Origin: Okeania sp.
Lineage (GTDB): Bacteria; Cyanobacteriota; Cyanobacteriia; Cyanobacteriales; Microcoleaceae
Length of the DNA: 32,000 bases
Assembly (NCBI RefSeq): GCF_035285525.1
Contig: NZ_JAYKGW010000042.1
Coordinates: 30,001 to 62,000, forward strand
Reading direction: 5' to 3'
Under the pieces are notes generated by a model. It saw only the letters and a program-made list of their open reading frames with translations. It was not told the DNA's origin and made no database searches. Positions 1 to 8,693 of the stretch are shown here, piece after piece; position 1 is the first letter of the stretch, and every line of letters begins with the position of its first letter. The translations under genes and the position numbers were made by a program.

Positions 1-1
1 T

Positions 2-526
2 GAACTTTTGAATCAACGTACTGAATATTTAGAAAAGTTCCAAACTCAATTGGATTTGTTAAATACAGTTGTTAATATATCTCAGAAGTATAGCAGTATA
101 AAACAAGCTCTTACAGAAATCGTAGATATCTATAGTAAAAGTTTTTCTACAGATATATGTATTTTACAGTTAATTGAGAATAATAATTTAAGTTCTACTA
201 TAGGAATAAGTAATAAGCTGGGTCAACAGGTTGATAACTGTTTGGCTGATGACCCTCTGGCAATGGAGGCGATCGCTTCTGGGAATGTACAATTTGTGAT
301 GAATGTTTCTCAGGATACTAAGTTTTCTGATGTTTCCCATTATCAAATTTCAGGAATAGAGACTCATCTGGTTATTCCCATTTCCTATCGGGAAAAGCTT
401 CTGGCTTTGATGTCCTTGCAATGGCAAAAACTTAGTAAACTTGAACCAGAAGAAATTAGTACAATTAAAATATCAGTTCAATTACTGACACTAGCTTTGA
501 ATAGCTTTAGCACAACTGAAGACTAA
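2..526 (+). CDS. GAF-like sensory domain protein, C-terminal fragment (5' end lies upstream of the window)
   Basis: The frame is open from the window edge; the TTG at 8 is only the first start-like codon and no in-frame stop precedes it. Stop TAA is at 524-526. The pattern ICILQLIENN...LVIPISYREKLLALMSLQW resembles a GAF core. A HIP1 site lies inside (269-276). Family call is from memory. Confidence 0.5.
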   Translation, partial: ELLNQRTEYLEKFQTQLDLLNTVVNISQKYSSIKQALTEIVDIYSKSFSTDICILQLIENNNLSSTIGISNKLGQQVDNCLADDPLAMEAIASGNVQFVMNVSQDTKFSDVSHYQISGIETHLVIPISYREKLLALMSLQWQKLSKLEPEEISTIKISVQLLTLALNSFSTTED

Positions 527-544
527 AAATTTTGACCGTATTCT

Positions 545-1246
545 ATGATTAATAATTCTACAGAAGTCCAGGCCATATTTAACAAAATTGCTCCAGTTTA
601 TGACCAACTAAATGATTTATTGAGTTTGGGTATACATAAAAGTTGGAAACAAATGGCTGTAATCTGGAGTGAGGCTAGTTATGGTGATACTTCTCTAGAT
701 TTGTGTTGTGGTAGTGGAGATTTAGCTTGGATGTTGGCTAAGTCTGTCGGAAGTACAGGCCGGGTTTTTGGGGTCGATTTTTCTGTGGAGCAGTTGGCGA
801 TCGCTCGTAACCGACGACCCCCTTTATGGGATCAGGTTAGTTCTATTGATTGGATCAAGGCGGATGTTTTGAGTCTGCCTTTTGCTGATAATTATTTCGA
901 TTGTGCTACGATGGGATATGGTTTGCGTAATGTCTCAAATATTCCCTATTGTTTACAAGAGTTACATCGAGTCCTTAAACCTAATGCTAAGGCAGCAATT
1001 CTAGATATGCACCGTCCTAGTAGTTCGGCTCTAAGAGGATTTCAACAGTGGTACTTGGATACGGTTGTAGTTCCAATAGCTAGTAATTTGGGGTTAACTG
1101 AGGAATATGCTTATATTAATCCTAGTCTAAATAAATTTCCTACAGGATTAAAGCAAATTGACTTAGCACATAAAGCTGGATTTGTCAATTGTAAACATTA
1201 CCCTATTTTCGGGGGAATGATGGGAATATTAGTAATTACAAAATAG
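545..1246 (+). CDS. menG: UbiE/MenG-family SAM-dependent methyltransferase (demethylphylloquinone / 2-phytyl-1,4-naphthoquinone methyltransferase in cyanobacteria)
   Basis: 233 aa with ATG start. The N-terminal FNKIAPVYDQLND motif and the SAM-binding LDLCCGSGD motif are typical of the UbiE/MenG family. A HIP1 site is at 797-804. Confidence 0.9.
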   Translation: MINNSTEVQAIFNKIAPVYDQLNDLLSLGIHKSWKQMAVIWSEASYGDTSLDLCCGSGDLAWMLAKSVGSTGRVFGVDFSVEQLAIARNRRPPLWDQVSSIDWIKADVLSLPFADNYFDCATMGYGLRNVSNIPYCLQELHRVLKPNAKAAILDMHRPSSSALRGFQQWYLDTVVVPIASNLGLTEEYAYINPSLNKFPTGLKQIDLAHKAGFVNCKHYPIFGGMMGILVITK

Positions 1247-1360
1247 ACATTTCCAGAAAGTAGAGAGTGAACCTCAGACTAAAGTCAGAGGCTTGAAATA
1301 CTGAGTTAAATATTTTCCATCCCCTTAAAAAGGCAGGCTTTAGACCTAATTTTTTTGGTA
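1247..1360 (+). repeat. TAAA-hairpin interspersed element, copy 1
   Basis: ACATTTCCAGAAAGTAGAGAGTGAA is followed by the hairpin CCTCAGAC-TAAA-GTCAGAGG (1272-1291), CTTGAAATACTGA and ...GCTTTAGACCTAATTTTTTT. It starts on the base after the menG stop codon. It is homologous to six other copies in the window. Confidence 0.85.
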
Positions 1361-1420
1361 AGTAAGAAAGTTTCTTAACCTTTTGCCAAAATAATAAAAG
1401 CAGAAAATTTTTTTATACAT

Positions 1421-1747
1421 TTTTCTAGGGCGTGTCATCAATTAAATAAGTTGACAAAAAGGCTATTCTCTGTTAAGTAAAAATGGCGCTCGCGGTTGGG
1501 TAGGTTCAGATACAGGGTAGCATACCTGAAATTGTTCGGTCGGTAGGGGCGGGTTTCTCCGTAGGGACGTTTCGCTACGCGACATGAAACGCATTTTTGT
1601 TATGCAAAGTCCGTACAATGAACGATTTTCAAAAGTCGAGTTAGATAAACCCGCCCCCCAATGATGTAATGAACAGTTTTAGCTTTGTCAGTCCACTACT
1701 TTTGTTAATAAAGCTTCTAACATCTAATTAATGACATACCCTAGAAA
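1421..1747. mobile_element. MITE-like element bounded by about 22-nt terminal inverted repeats
   Basis: The left end is TTTTCTAGGGCGTGTCATCAATT (1421-1443). The right end is AATTAATGACATACCCTAGAAA (1726-1747), its near-perfect reverse complement. There is no ORF inside. Confidence 0.6.
1543..1657. repeat. GC-rich core bounded by inverted GTAGGGGCGGGTTT / AAACCCGCCCC motifs
   Basis: GTAGGGGCGGGTTT (1543-1556) and AAACCCGCCCC (1647-1657) are inverted copies of the motif that is tandemly arrayed at 28980-29173. The core is nested inside the 1421-1747 element. Confidence 0.6.
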
Positions 1748-1781
1748 TTTTTTTATCAATTCCTGATTCTAGATTTGTAAT

Positions 1782-1813
1782 AATTTAGAATTTAGAATTT
1801 AGAATTTAGAATT
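1782..1813. repeat. heptamer tandem repeat (AATTTAG) x 4.5
   Basis: Direct reading of AATTTAGAATTTAGAATTTAGAATTTAGAATT. Confidence 0.95.
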
Positions 1814-2109
1814 GAAGCAACTATTAAGTTGGTGTGGTTCACAAATAATCTATATCCTTCCGACTTTCCATAGACCTTTTAGCCTGAATGCTTATCTAGA
1901 TTTTACAGCAAATTTTCAACATAAGAAGTACAAATATTAATGTTAAAACTCTTGTAATACAGCCTTCTAGGCTGTCAAAATTGTACCTAAATAATATGCA
2001 ATCTGCTGTATTATCTACTCCCGTAATTTCTGAAATGTTCTGATTGTTTATTTAAACTATTATTTTTCCTTATTTTCATTCTAGCTCACTAATAAATAGA
2101 GCTTTTAAC

Positions 2110-2238
2110 GTAAGCATTCAGATGTCAGCTATTGTTTTTAATTTGAGATAAAAGTTTTATTAATTAACGCCAAATTAAAACTTACTATAAAAGCTGAGTC
2201 TTATTGCTGTTAGATAACAGCTAATAAATGAATGCCGA
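2110..2238. mobile_element. GTAAGCA-TIR MITE family, short copy
   Basis: GTAAGCATTCAGATGTCAGCTATT...GAGATAAAAGTTTTATTAATT...CAGCTAATAAATGAATGCCGAC. It ends 30 nt upstream of the DUF445-like TTG start. Confidence 0.6.
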
Positions 2239-2268
2239 CCTTTCAAGTTTGCTTTTAGGTAATCAAAA

Positions 2269-3495
2269 TTGTCTAATATCTGGCTTTATTTTGTACCACC
2301 GATTGCAGGTGGAATTATTGGCTATTTCACTAATGATATAGCCATAAAAATGCTATTTCGTCCTTATCGTCCCTATTATATTTTTAGACGAAAACTACCC
2401 TTTACTCCTGGTTTAATTCCTTCTAACCAAGAACGTTTAGCTAAACGAGTTGCTGATACAATTATGGGTTCTTTGTTAACTCCTTCAGAGTTGCAAAACC
2501 TAGCACGTCGTTTATTACAAACTGAACGGATGGAAGCTGCTATTCTGTGGCTTTTACAAATGGCTTTAGAGCAATTAAAAGTTGATACAAATACTAAAAG
2601 TATCAAGATTTTAGCGAATATTCTCCGTGATTTATTAGGTCAATCTTTACCACGACTTTTGAAAATTTGGGCAAAGAGAGAAGATTTTTTAGAACCTCAA
2701 TTAAATCAAATTTTTGACCATATTTTGCTAGAGTTTCAACTAACAGAAATGCAGGCAGCTCAATTATCTGATTGGTTATTAAAAGTTGTTTTACCACCAG
2801 ATGTATTGAGACAGACTTTAATTGATTTTTTGACAGATCAAAATATTTCTATTATTGATGAGGGTTTTCGTGAAAAAGCTAGTGGAACTTATTGGGTAGT
2901 AGCTAATTTATTTGGGTTGCGTAACACTTTAACTAGGTTAAGAACTTTTTGTTTAGATGAGAGAGAGCTAACGAATAAACGCTTAACGGAACTAATTACT
3001 GCATTGGGTGTTAGAGAAAGAATTAAAGAATGGTTACATAATCTTTCGATGCAAAATTTACCTGTTTCTACTGTACGTCAATTAAGAAATACTATGCGGG
3101 ATAGTGTGCGTTTATATTTACATGACCATGGTGCTGATTTGATTCAAGCTTTAAGTTTATCTATAGATTGGGAACATATTGCAGATTTAATTATTAATCG
3201 TTTACAAGCTTCTTCAATAATGAATAGTTCTCTAGAGTTAGTTAGTCAAGAATTAGCTTTGATTTTAGAGCGTTATTTGGAGCGAGATTTAGAAAATATT
3301 GTGGCTATGGCAATTCCTATTTTAAATATTGATCAAGTTATTATTAATAGAGTTAAAGCTACTTCTGCTCAGGATTTAGAAGTTGCTATTAATGTAATTG
3401 TTAAAAATGAGTTGCAAGCTATTGTTAATTTGGGTGGAGTTTTAGGTGTTTTTGTTGGTTTGTTACAGACAGTTATTTTGTTTTTACAAAAGTAA
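2269..3495 (+). CDS. DUF445-like membrane protein
   Basis: 408 aa. The N-terminus [19 protein letters not shown] and the C-terminal hydrophobic segment [18 protein letters not shown] fit the DUF445 pattern. The only upstream start option is TTG 2269, because an in-frame TAA lies at 2260-2262. Confidence 0.8.
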   Translation: MSNIWLYFVPPIAGGIIGYFTNDIAIKMLFRPYRPYYIFRRKLPFTPGLIPSNQERLAKRVADTIMGSLLTPSELQNLARRLLQTERMEAAILWLLQMALEQLKVDTNTKSIKILANILRDLLGQSLPRLLKIWAKREDFLEPQLNQIFDHILLEFQLTEMQAAQLSDWLLKVVLPPDVLRQTLIDFLTDQNISIIDEGFREKASGTYWVVANLFGLRNTLTRLRTFCLDERELTNKRLTELITALGVRERIKEWLHNLSMQNLPVSTVRQLRNTMRDSVRLYLHDHGADLIQALSLSIDWEHIADLIINRLQASSIMNSSLELVSQELALILERYLERDLENIVAMAIPILNIDQVIINRVKATSAQDLEVAINVIVKNELQAIVNLGGVLGVFVGLLQTVILFLQK

Positions 3496-3608
3496 TATTG
3501 TGTTGATAGAATTTGGTGGCGTACAGAATTTTTCGATTCTTAGAAAGGTAAGCAATATCGAGAGATTAGAGATTTTAGATCAAATTTTAAAACTGTTGCG
3601 TAATAGTT

Positions 3609-3766
3609 ATATCAAATCCGGTAGTATCGGTAGAATTGATTTCCTGTAGGGGTTTGGTCTCCAATTTTTCGGGAACCGTACCCTCTACATACCGGGGGTT
3701 TGCCCAATCCTGATGGTAAACCTTATTCTCCAATTTCTTGGGAACCGTAGAAATCGGATTTGATAT
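3609..3766 (+). mobile_element. GATATCAAATCCG-TIR MITE, copy 1
   Basis: The 12-nt perfect TIR is ATATCAAATCCG (3609-3620) / CGGATTTGATAT (3755-3766). The internal block CTGTAGGGGTTTGGTCTCCAATTTTTCGGGAACCGTACCCT is shared with the copy at 24520-24662. Confidence 0.8.
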
Positions 3767-4050
3767 TACAGCAGATTCTATTTTTGTGGGGTACATCCAT
3801 TGAGAGGATTTAATGATTAAATCTATACTTCAATATACTTGGAATCTGCTTTAAGTTAATTCAAAATTCAACTTAATTTAGAAGTATTATTTAGACATTT
3901 CATCTCTAACCTCAAAACTGTTGCGCAATAGTTATAGTTTCTGATTAATTCAAAATTCAACTTAATTTAGAAGCGTTATTCAGACATTTTATCTACTCTT
4001 TTCCCGGCACAAGATTATAATTAGTAGTAGATTTATTTCTGAAAACACTG

Positions 4051-4092
4051 ATAACTCATAACTCATAACTCATAACTCATAACTCATAACTG
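4051..4092. repeat. heptamer tandem repeat (ATAACTC) x 6
   Basis: Direct reading. The array ends 2 nt before the ATG at 4095. Confidence 0.95.
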
Positions 4093-4094
4093 AA

Positions 4095-4358
4095 ATGGCA
4101 ACTCCAAACTCAAACAAATCTACTCCTAAAACTAAACTCGATCCAGAAAAATATGCTCGTCTCAAAGCTGAACTAGATGCACCTTATCGAGGATTTAGAA
4201 AATTTATCTATGTAACTTTTGGAGCTTCTGGTTTTATTGGAGCTTTTATTTCTTTTGCCAAAATTATTGCTGGTCAAAATATTGATTCTGCTCTTCCTAA
4301 TTTTGCCTTACAACTTGGAATTATCGCTTTGATGATTTGGTTGTTTCGTTTAGAATAA
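4095..4358 (+). CDS. small two-TM protein, DUF3493-like (cyanobacteria/plastid lineage)
   Basis: 87 aa with ATG start. It has a basic N-terminus, the motif APYRGFRKFIYVTFGASG and a second hydrophobic helix LQLGIIALMIWLF. Family name is from memory. Confidence 0.65.
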   Translation: MATPNSNKSTPKTKLDPEKYARLKAELDAPYRGFRKFIYVTFGASGFIGAFISFAKIIAGQNIDSALPNFALQLGIIALMIWLFRLE

Positions 4359-4390
4359 CTATCTGGGGTTTTAAATATAGCACTACTTAT

Positions 4391-4516
4391 GGTTGGCTGA
4401 AAAAGTCTTTTTCCGAAGGTAGGGAACACTTAACTGTTTAAACTATCTGCTACGGTCAAGTTTTCTGAGGGACAATAAACGAAAAACAAGATATGTCAAA
4501 AATTTACCATTTTGAC
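4391..4516 (+). repeat. GGAACAG/CTTAACTG element, copy 1
   Basis: GGCTGAAAAAGTCTTTTT..GGTAGGGAACACTTAACTG...ATCTGCTACGG.CAA.TTTTCTGA...TACCATTTTGA. It is homologous to 9671-9797, 9891-10007 and 12645-12745. Confidence 0.75.
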
Positions 4517-4548
4517 TTTTGATTTATACCAGTTTGATACATGTTTAC

Positions 4549-4697
4549 TACGAATCCCTCTATACCTATTCCCAGTTAAGTGTTCCCTGTTCCCTATTCC
4601 CAGTTAAGTGTTCCCTGTTCCCTGCAATATACGAATCCCTATTCCCTCCATACCTATTCCCAGTTAAGTGTTCCCAGTTAAGTGTTCCCTGTTCTCT
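4549..4697. repeat. cluster of CCCAGTTAAGTGTTCCCTGTTCCCT units
   Basis: Four copies of CAGTTAAGTGTTCCC lie inside two larger direct repeats, each beginning TACGAATCCCT (at 4549 and 4630). Confidence 0.85.
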
Positions 4698-4913
4698 AGC
4701 AATAAAAGTTGACATTTAGCAACAAGTCTATATATTTGGCCACAAAAATATAAAAAATAAAGAAAATATTACGAAATCAATGATCCCTATCAAGTTATTG
4801 TCAAATATTATGTATAAATCAATTGAGGTCAGCTAATATAAAGACCTTAAACTTTAATTGGGGTTAGCTTATATATAAACCCTAAACATAATAAAAAACC
4901 AATTTTCAACACC

Positions 4914-4951
4914 AAAATGCCTAGTTCTAAACTTATAGAACTAGGCATTTT
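4914..4951. terminator. bidirectional intrinsic-terminator-like hairpin
   Basis: A perfect 16-bp stem AAAATGCCTAGTTCTA (4914-4929) / TAGAACTAGGCATTTT (4936-4951) with a 6-nt loop. T-runs follow on both strands. It lies 93 nt downstream of the 5044-5274 ORF, at the end of the infB transcription direction. Confidence 0.7.
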
Positions 4952-5043
4952 GTCATTTACTACTCTTTTATATCTTGATTGTTAATCCTAACAAAAGAAT
5001 TTCAGAAATAAACTAGAAAATTGTATCTTATTTGACTGTTTTT

Positions 5044-5274
5044 TTAGTAAGCTAGTGTTTCTAGAGTTTCTCTTAAATACAAACTAACTTGTTTATCTAA
5101 AGGAATATTTTGCTCCTCATTACTATTAACTTTACGTTCTAATTGCCATCTCTGAAAACCTGAAGTTAAAGCGATCGCCTGCTTCAAACTATCCCAAGTT
5201 TCAAGTTCTGGTTCATTCTTGGCAATTACCTGAACTGAACTATTATTCCAAGAAGTAGCATTAAAATTATTCAT
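5044..5274 (-). CDS. small hypothetical protein downstream of infB
   Basis: 76 aa with ATG start. It contains a HIP1 site (5171-5178) and is not built from the interspersed repeats. A perfect 16-bp hairpin terminator follows 93 nt downstream. No family recognised. Confidence 0.5.
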   Translation of the reverse strand: MNNFNATSWNNSSVQVIAKNEPELETWDSLKQAIALTSGFQRWQLERKVNSNEEQNIPLDKQVSLYLRETLETLAY

Positions 5275-5465
5275 AACATTTACCTAATTTACAAAGGACA
5301 AACTTTTAGTGCTGCAGTTGCTGATATTTTAGCTCTCTTTTTAAAGATAACTCACTAAACATAAATCAGGCATTCTTATGAGACTATATTTGTCACCAAA
5401 TCTTGACTTTCAGAAATCATAAACACTACTTTAACTTGATATAACCCCCCCTAATACTCACGACT

Positions 5466-8400
5466 TTAAACAGATAATTTCCGACGCTTAGTTACCATCT
5501 GATAACCCTCAATTATGTCACCTTCATTCCAATCATTAAAATTGTCAAAACTGATACCACATTCATAACCGGCATTTACCTCCTTAACATCATCCTTCAT
5601 ACGTCTGAGAGAGTCCAATATACCTTCATATATAACCTCTCCATTTCGACGAACTCTTACCTTACAATTACGGATCACCTTACCAGATAAAACATAACAA
5701 CCTGCAACAGCACCACGGCCAATGGCAAACACAGCTCGAACTTCCACCTCACCTAATGGCTCTTCTATCAGCTCAGGATCTAACAGACCTTCCATTGCCC
5801 CTTGGACATCATCCAAAAGTTTGTAGATCACATCATACTCTCTCACATCTACTCCAGCTTCATCCGCTGCTTGACGCGCTCCCGATGCCATAGTCGTATT
5901 AAAACCAATAATCACAGCCTCACTAGCTGCTGCTAAATCAATATCTGTTTCCGTAACTTCTCCAGCTCCAGATAACAGCAACCTTAACTGCACCTCCTTC
6001 TGAGGTAACTGTCGTAAAGCTGCAACAATAGCCTCTATCGAACCTTGAACATCCCCTTTGAGAATCAAGTTCAACTCCTTCAGTTCTCCTTCCTGGGCAC
6101 GAGCTGAAACAGCACCCAAACTGGTGCGACGCATAATCCGCGATTCTCGTTTCGCATCTGCTCTTTCTCCTGTAATAGCCGAAGCTTCCTTTTCACTCTC
6201 AAACACTTCAAACTCATCACCAGCTTGAGGGACATCTCTCAGACCCAGAACCTCCACCGCAAAAGATGGACTAGCCTTCTCCACTCGAGCGCCCCGGTCA
6301 TCAATCATGGCCCGTACCTTTCCATAAACTGAGCCAGCAACTACAATGTCCCCTACTTTCAAAGTCCCATTTTGGACCAATAAAGTAGCTACTGGACCTC
6401 TAGCCTTATCCAAATTAGCTTCAATCACCGTACCTTTAGCCAAACGTTCTGGATTCGCATTTAAGTCTTCTACCTCTGATACCAGCAAAATCATTTCCAG
6501 TAAAGTGTCCAAATTTTGCTTCTTAATCGCACTAACTGGAACCATAATGGCATCCCCACCCCATTCTTCAGGTACTAAACCATGTTCCATCAATTCTTGT
6601 TTCACACGGTCTGGGTTAGCCTCTTCCTTATCAATTTTATTAATTGCTACTATCAGAGGTACTTCCGCAGCTTTAGCATGACTAATAGCTTCTATAGTTT
6701 GTGGTTGTACCCCATCATCCGCAGCTACCACCAAAATAGCCACATCCGTAACTCTTGCCCCCCTAGCTCGCATGGCCGTAAAAGCTTCGTGACCAGGAGT
6801 ATCTAAAAATACCACTTGTTGGGTTTGGCCTTCATGTTCCACATCAACATGGTAAGCTCCTATATGCTGGGTAATACCACCTGCTTCCCCTGCTGCCACT
6901 TTAGTTGCCCGAATTGAATCTAGGAGACTCGTTTTTCCATGATCCACATGCCCCATAATTGTTACAACTGGAGGACGACGTTGCAGAAGTTCCATATCTG
7001 CATCTTCTAGCATTTCCGTTTTCTTAGCTGCTGACTGCTCTTCTAGAATTTCTATGGGTATTCCTTCTTCTTGTACTACCATTTCTATAGTAGGAATATC
7101 TAAGCTTTCGGTTATATTCACCGCAATACCTTTCATAAATAGTCTTTTGACAACTTCTGTATCAGGTACTGCTAAAGCTAAAGCTAATTCCTGGACTGTC
7201 ATTGAGCCATTAATGACTAACTTTTCTACAGGTTTTGGTTCAGTTGGTTGAGCTGGTTCACTACTTTCGGTCTTAACAGATTCACGGGATTGACTAGATC
7301 TCTTTTTAAGGGAAGTATTACTATTAGACTGGGGCTTATTTTCGGCAAAACTTTTTGGTTTGGCTGGCCGAGCTAGAGATAAACTCATTGTGACTGGCGC
7401 AGGCTTATTTAAAAGCTCTTCTAATTCCTCATCTTCATCTTCCATTACAGGTTTGGGACGAAGACGTTTTGCCTTAGCGGTAGATTTAGCAGCATTTTTC
7501 TGAACAATTTCGGATGGGTCTTCTTCTTCTTCTTCCCACTTTGAACCTTTCTTTGATTTAGGTAAAGTTGGTTTATTTGGAGCTATTGCTTTTCGTCTTG
7601 GTTTTTCTAAATCAAAATTTACAGTTTCTACAATGTTACCTTCCTGCTCTTTCTGTTCCACATCCAAAAAAATATCTGTTGATTCTTCTGTAACAGATGT
7701 TGTTAGTTTCGGTTTTGGTGCAAGTTGAGGTTTCTTTTCTTGTACTAGCTTTAGTTTAACTGTAGGTTTCTCTCTATTTTTCGGCTTTAGTTGAGGAGAA
7801 GTTTCAGATACTGGAGAAGGTTTTCTGGGACTCTCTTTATCTTTCTGAGGAGTATCTTTGATATTTTCTCTATCTTTCTGAGGAGTATCCTTGTTATCTT
7901 TTTTAGATACAAATGGCTGTTTTTCAGTAGTTTTTTCTTCTCTATCTTTTCTTTTTTTACCTTCTGGCTTTGGTTTTTTATTTTTTGGGCTAGGCTTAAC
8001 AATGTTAGTATTTCGTGGACTCCGATTTAAGCTAGGGGGAGCTGGTCTAGCTGGTGGAGCTACTAACTTTGGTACTTCTACTGTTTCTTTTTCAACCGCA
8101 GTATTTTCCCTATTTAATGGTTTATTCGGTTGTTTGAGCTGAGAATTATTGCCTACTTCCCTATCTTTTTGAGTAGCAGTATTATCTTTACTATCTTTGT
8201 TTAATGGTTTATTCGGTTGTTTGAGCTGAGAATTATTGTCTGTTTCTAATCCAGATTGATCTTTTGCTGGCTCTGACTTGAGGGCAGAATTTGGCCTTTG
8301 TCTATTGACTGACTCAAGTTGTTTGTCTAAAACTGAAGTATTTGGAGGAGTTGCCACTAAATTTTTATCTATTTTGCTGGAATTTTTTGATTGAGATTTT

Positions 8401-8693
8401 TCTGATAATCGCTTAGGTTTGCGTATTTCTAGTATTTCTTGTTTTTTTTGTTCGTTATTTTTTGAACTTAAATCTGATGAGTGAGAGTTACTCTTTTCTG
8501 GAGCAGCAGACTTACTAGGAGAGTGGGGTAAGTTTTCTGCTGTGGTGCGAATTAGTTCTGCTTCTGATTCTGTAATAGTGCTACTATGACTCTTGGCTGA
8601 TATGTTGAGCCTTTGACAAGCTGCTAATATATCCTTGTTTTCCAAATTTAATTCCTTTGATAATTCGTAAATTCTTACTTTTCCATTGTTCAT
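5466..8693 (-). CDS. infB: translation initiation factor IF-2
   Basis: 1075 aa. It has the IF2 N-terminal motif [12 protein letters not shown], the GTPase motifs [20 protein letters not shown] and NKID, and a conserved C-terminal domain. A long K/P/S/E-rich linker lies between. Confidence 0.97.
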   Translation of the reverse strand: MNNGKVRIYELSKELNLENKDILAACQRLNISAKSHSSTITESEAELIRTTAENLPHSPSKSAAPEKSNSHSSDLSSKNNEQKKQEILEIRKPKRLSEKSQSKNSSKIDKNLVATPPNTSVLDKQLESVNRQRPNSALKSEPAKDQSGLETDNNSQLKQPNKPLNKDSKDNTATQKDREVGNNSQLKQPNKPLNRENTAVEKETVEVPKLVAPPARPAPPSLNRSPRNTNIVKPSPKNKKPKPEGKKRKDREEKTTEKQPFVSKKDNKDTPQKDRENIKDTPQKDKESPRKPSPVSETSPQLKPKNREKPTVKLKLVQEKKPQLAPKPKLTTSVTEESTDIFLDVEQKEQEGNIVETVNFDLEKPRRKAIAPNKPTLPKSKKGSKWEEEEEDPSEIVQKNAAKSTAKAKRLRPKPVMEDEDEELEELLNKPAPVTMSLSLARPAKPKSFAENKPQSNSNTSLKKRSSQSRESVKTESSEPAQPTEPKPVEKLVINGSMTVQELALALAVPDTEVVKRLFMKGIAVNITESLDIPTIEMVVQEEGIPIEILEEQSAAKKTEMLEDADMELLQRRPPVVTIMGHVDHGKTSLLDSIRATKVAAGEAGGITQHIGAYHVDVEHEGQTQQVVFLDTPGHEAFTAMRARGARVTDVAILVVAADDGVQPQTIEAISHAKAAEVPLIVAINKIDKEEANPDRVKQELMEHGLVPEEWGGDAIMVPVSAIKKQNLDTLLEMILLVSEVEDLNANPERLAKGTVIEANLDKARGPVATLLVQNGTLKVGDIVVAGSVYGKVRAMIDDRGARVEKASPSFAVEVLGLRDVPQAGDEFEVFESEKEASAITGERADAKRESRIMRRTSLGAVSARAQEGELKELNLILKGDVQGSIEAIVAALRQLPQKEVQLRLLLSGAGEVTETDIDLAAASEAVIIGFNTTMASGARQAADEAGVDVREYDVIYKLLDDVQGAMEGLLDPELIEEPLGEVEVRAVFAIGRGAVAGCYVLSGKVIRNCKVRVRRNGEVIYEGILDSLRRMKDDVKEVNAGYECGISFDNFNDWNEGDIIEGYQMVTKRRKLSV

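Noticed and set aside
1490-1680. GC-rich island as a structured housekeeping RNA (RNase P RNA, tmRNA, SRP RNA, 6S)
   Set aside because: No hallmark motifs are present, such as GAGGAAAGTCCGGGC for RNase P or a tRNA-like GGGGCTG...TCGA 5' end with a tag ORF for tmRNA. Its ends are the AAACCCGCCCC repeat motif, so it fits better as a repeat element core.
3446-3796. Track ORFs 3446-3649(+) and 3587-3796(-)
   Set aside because: They overlap each other and run across the GATATCAAATCCG-TIR MITE. The sequence is repeat DNA that is also present in inverted orientation at 24520-24662.
4519-4719. 66-aa ORF (..FPVKCSLFP.. repeated)
   Set aside because: It is encoded entirely by tandem CAGTTAAGTGTTCCCTGTTCCCT repeats. 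The repetitive peptide is a translation artefact.
5466-8693. ORFs overlapping infB: antisense 6346-6681, 6582-6806, 7054-7251, 7791-8030, 7891-8142, and the same-strand alternate frame 7787-8002
   Set aside because: They lie fully inside a confidently identified, conserved gene. Their low-complexity translations are typical of shadow frames. The same reasoning applies to several other track ORFs. These are 2376-2606 and 2603-2797 (DUF445-like gene), 10003-10230, 10371-10592 and 10522-10716 (nusA), and 14358-14627 and 14673-15077 (malic enzyme). It also applies to 19446-19643 and 19852-20238 (argS), 27241-27432 (Amt domain) and 29576-29764 (PG-binding gene).
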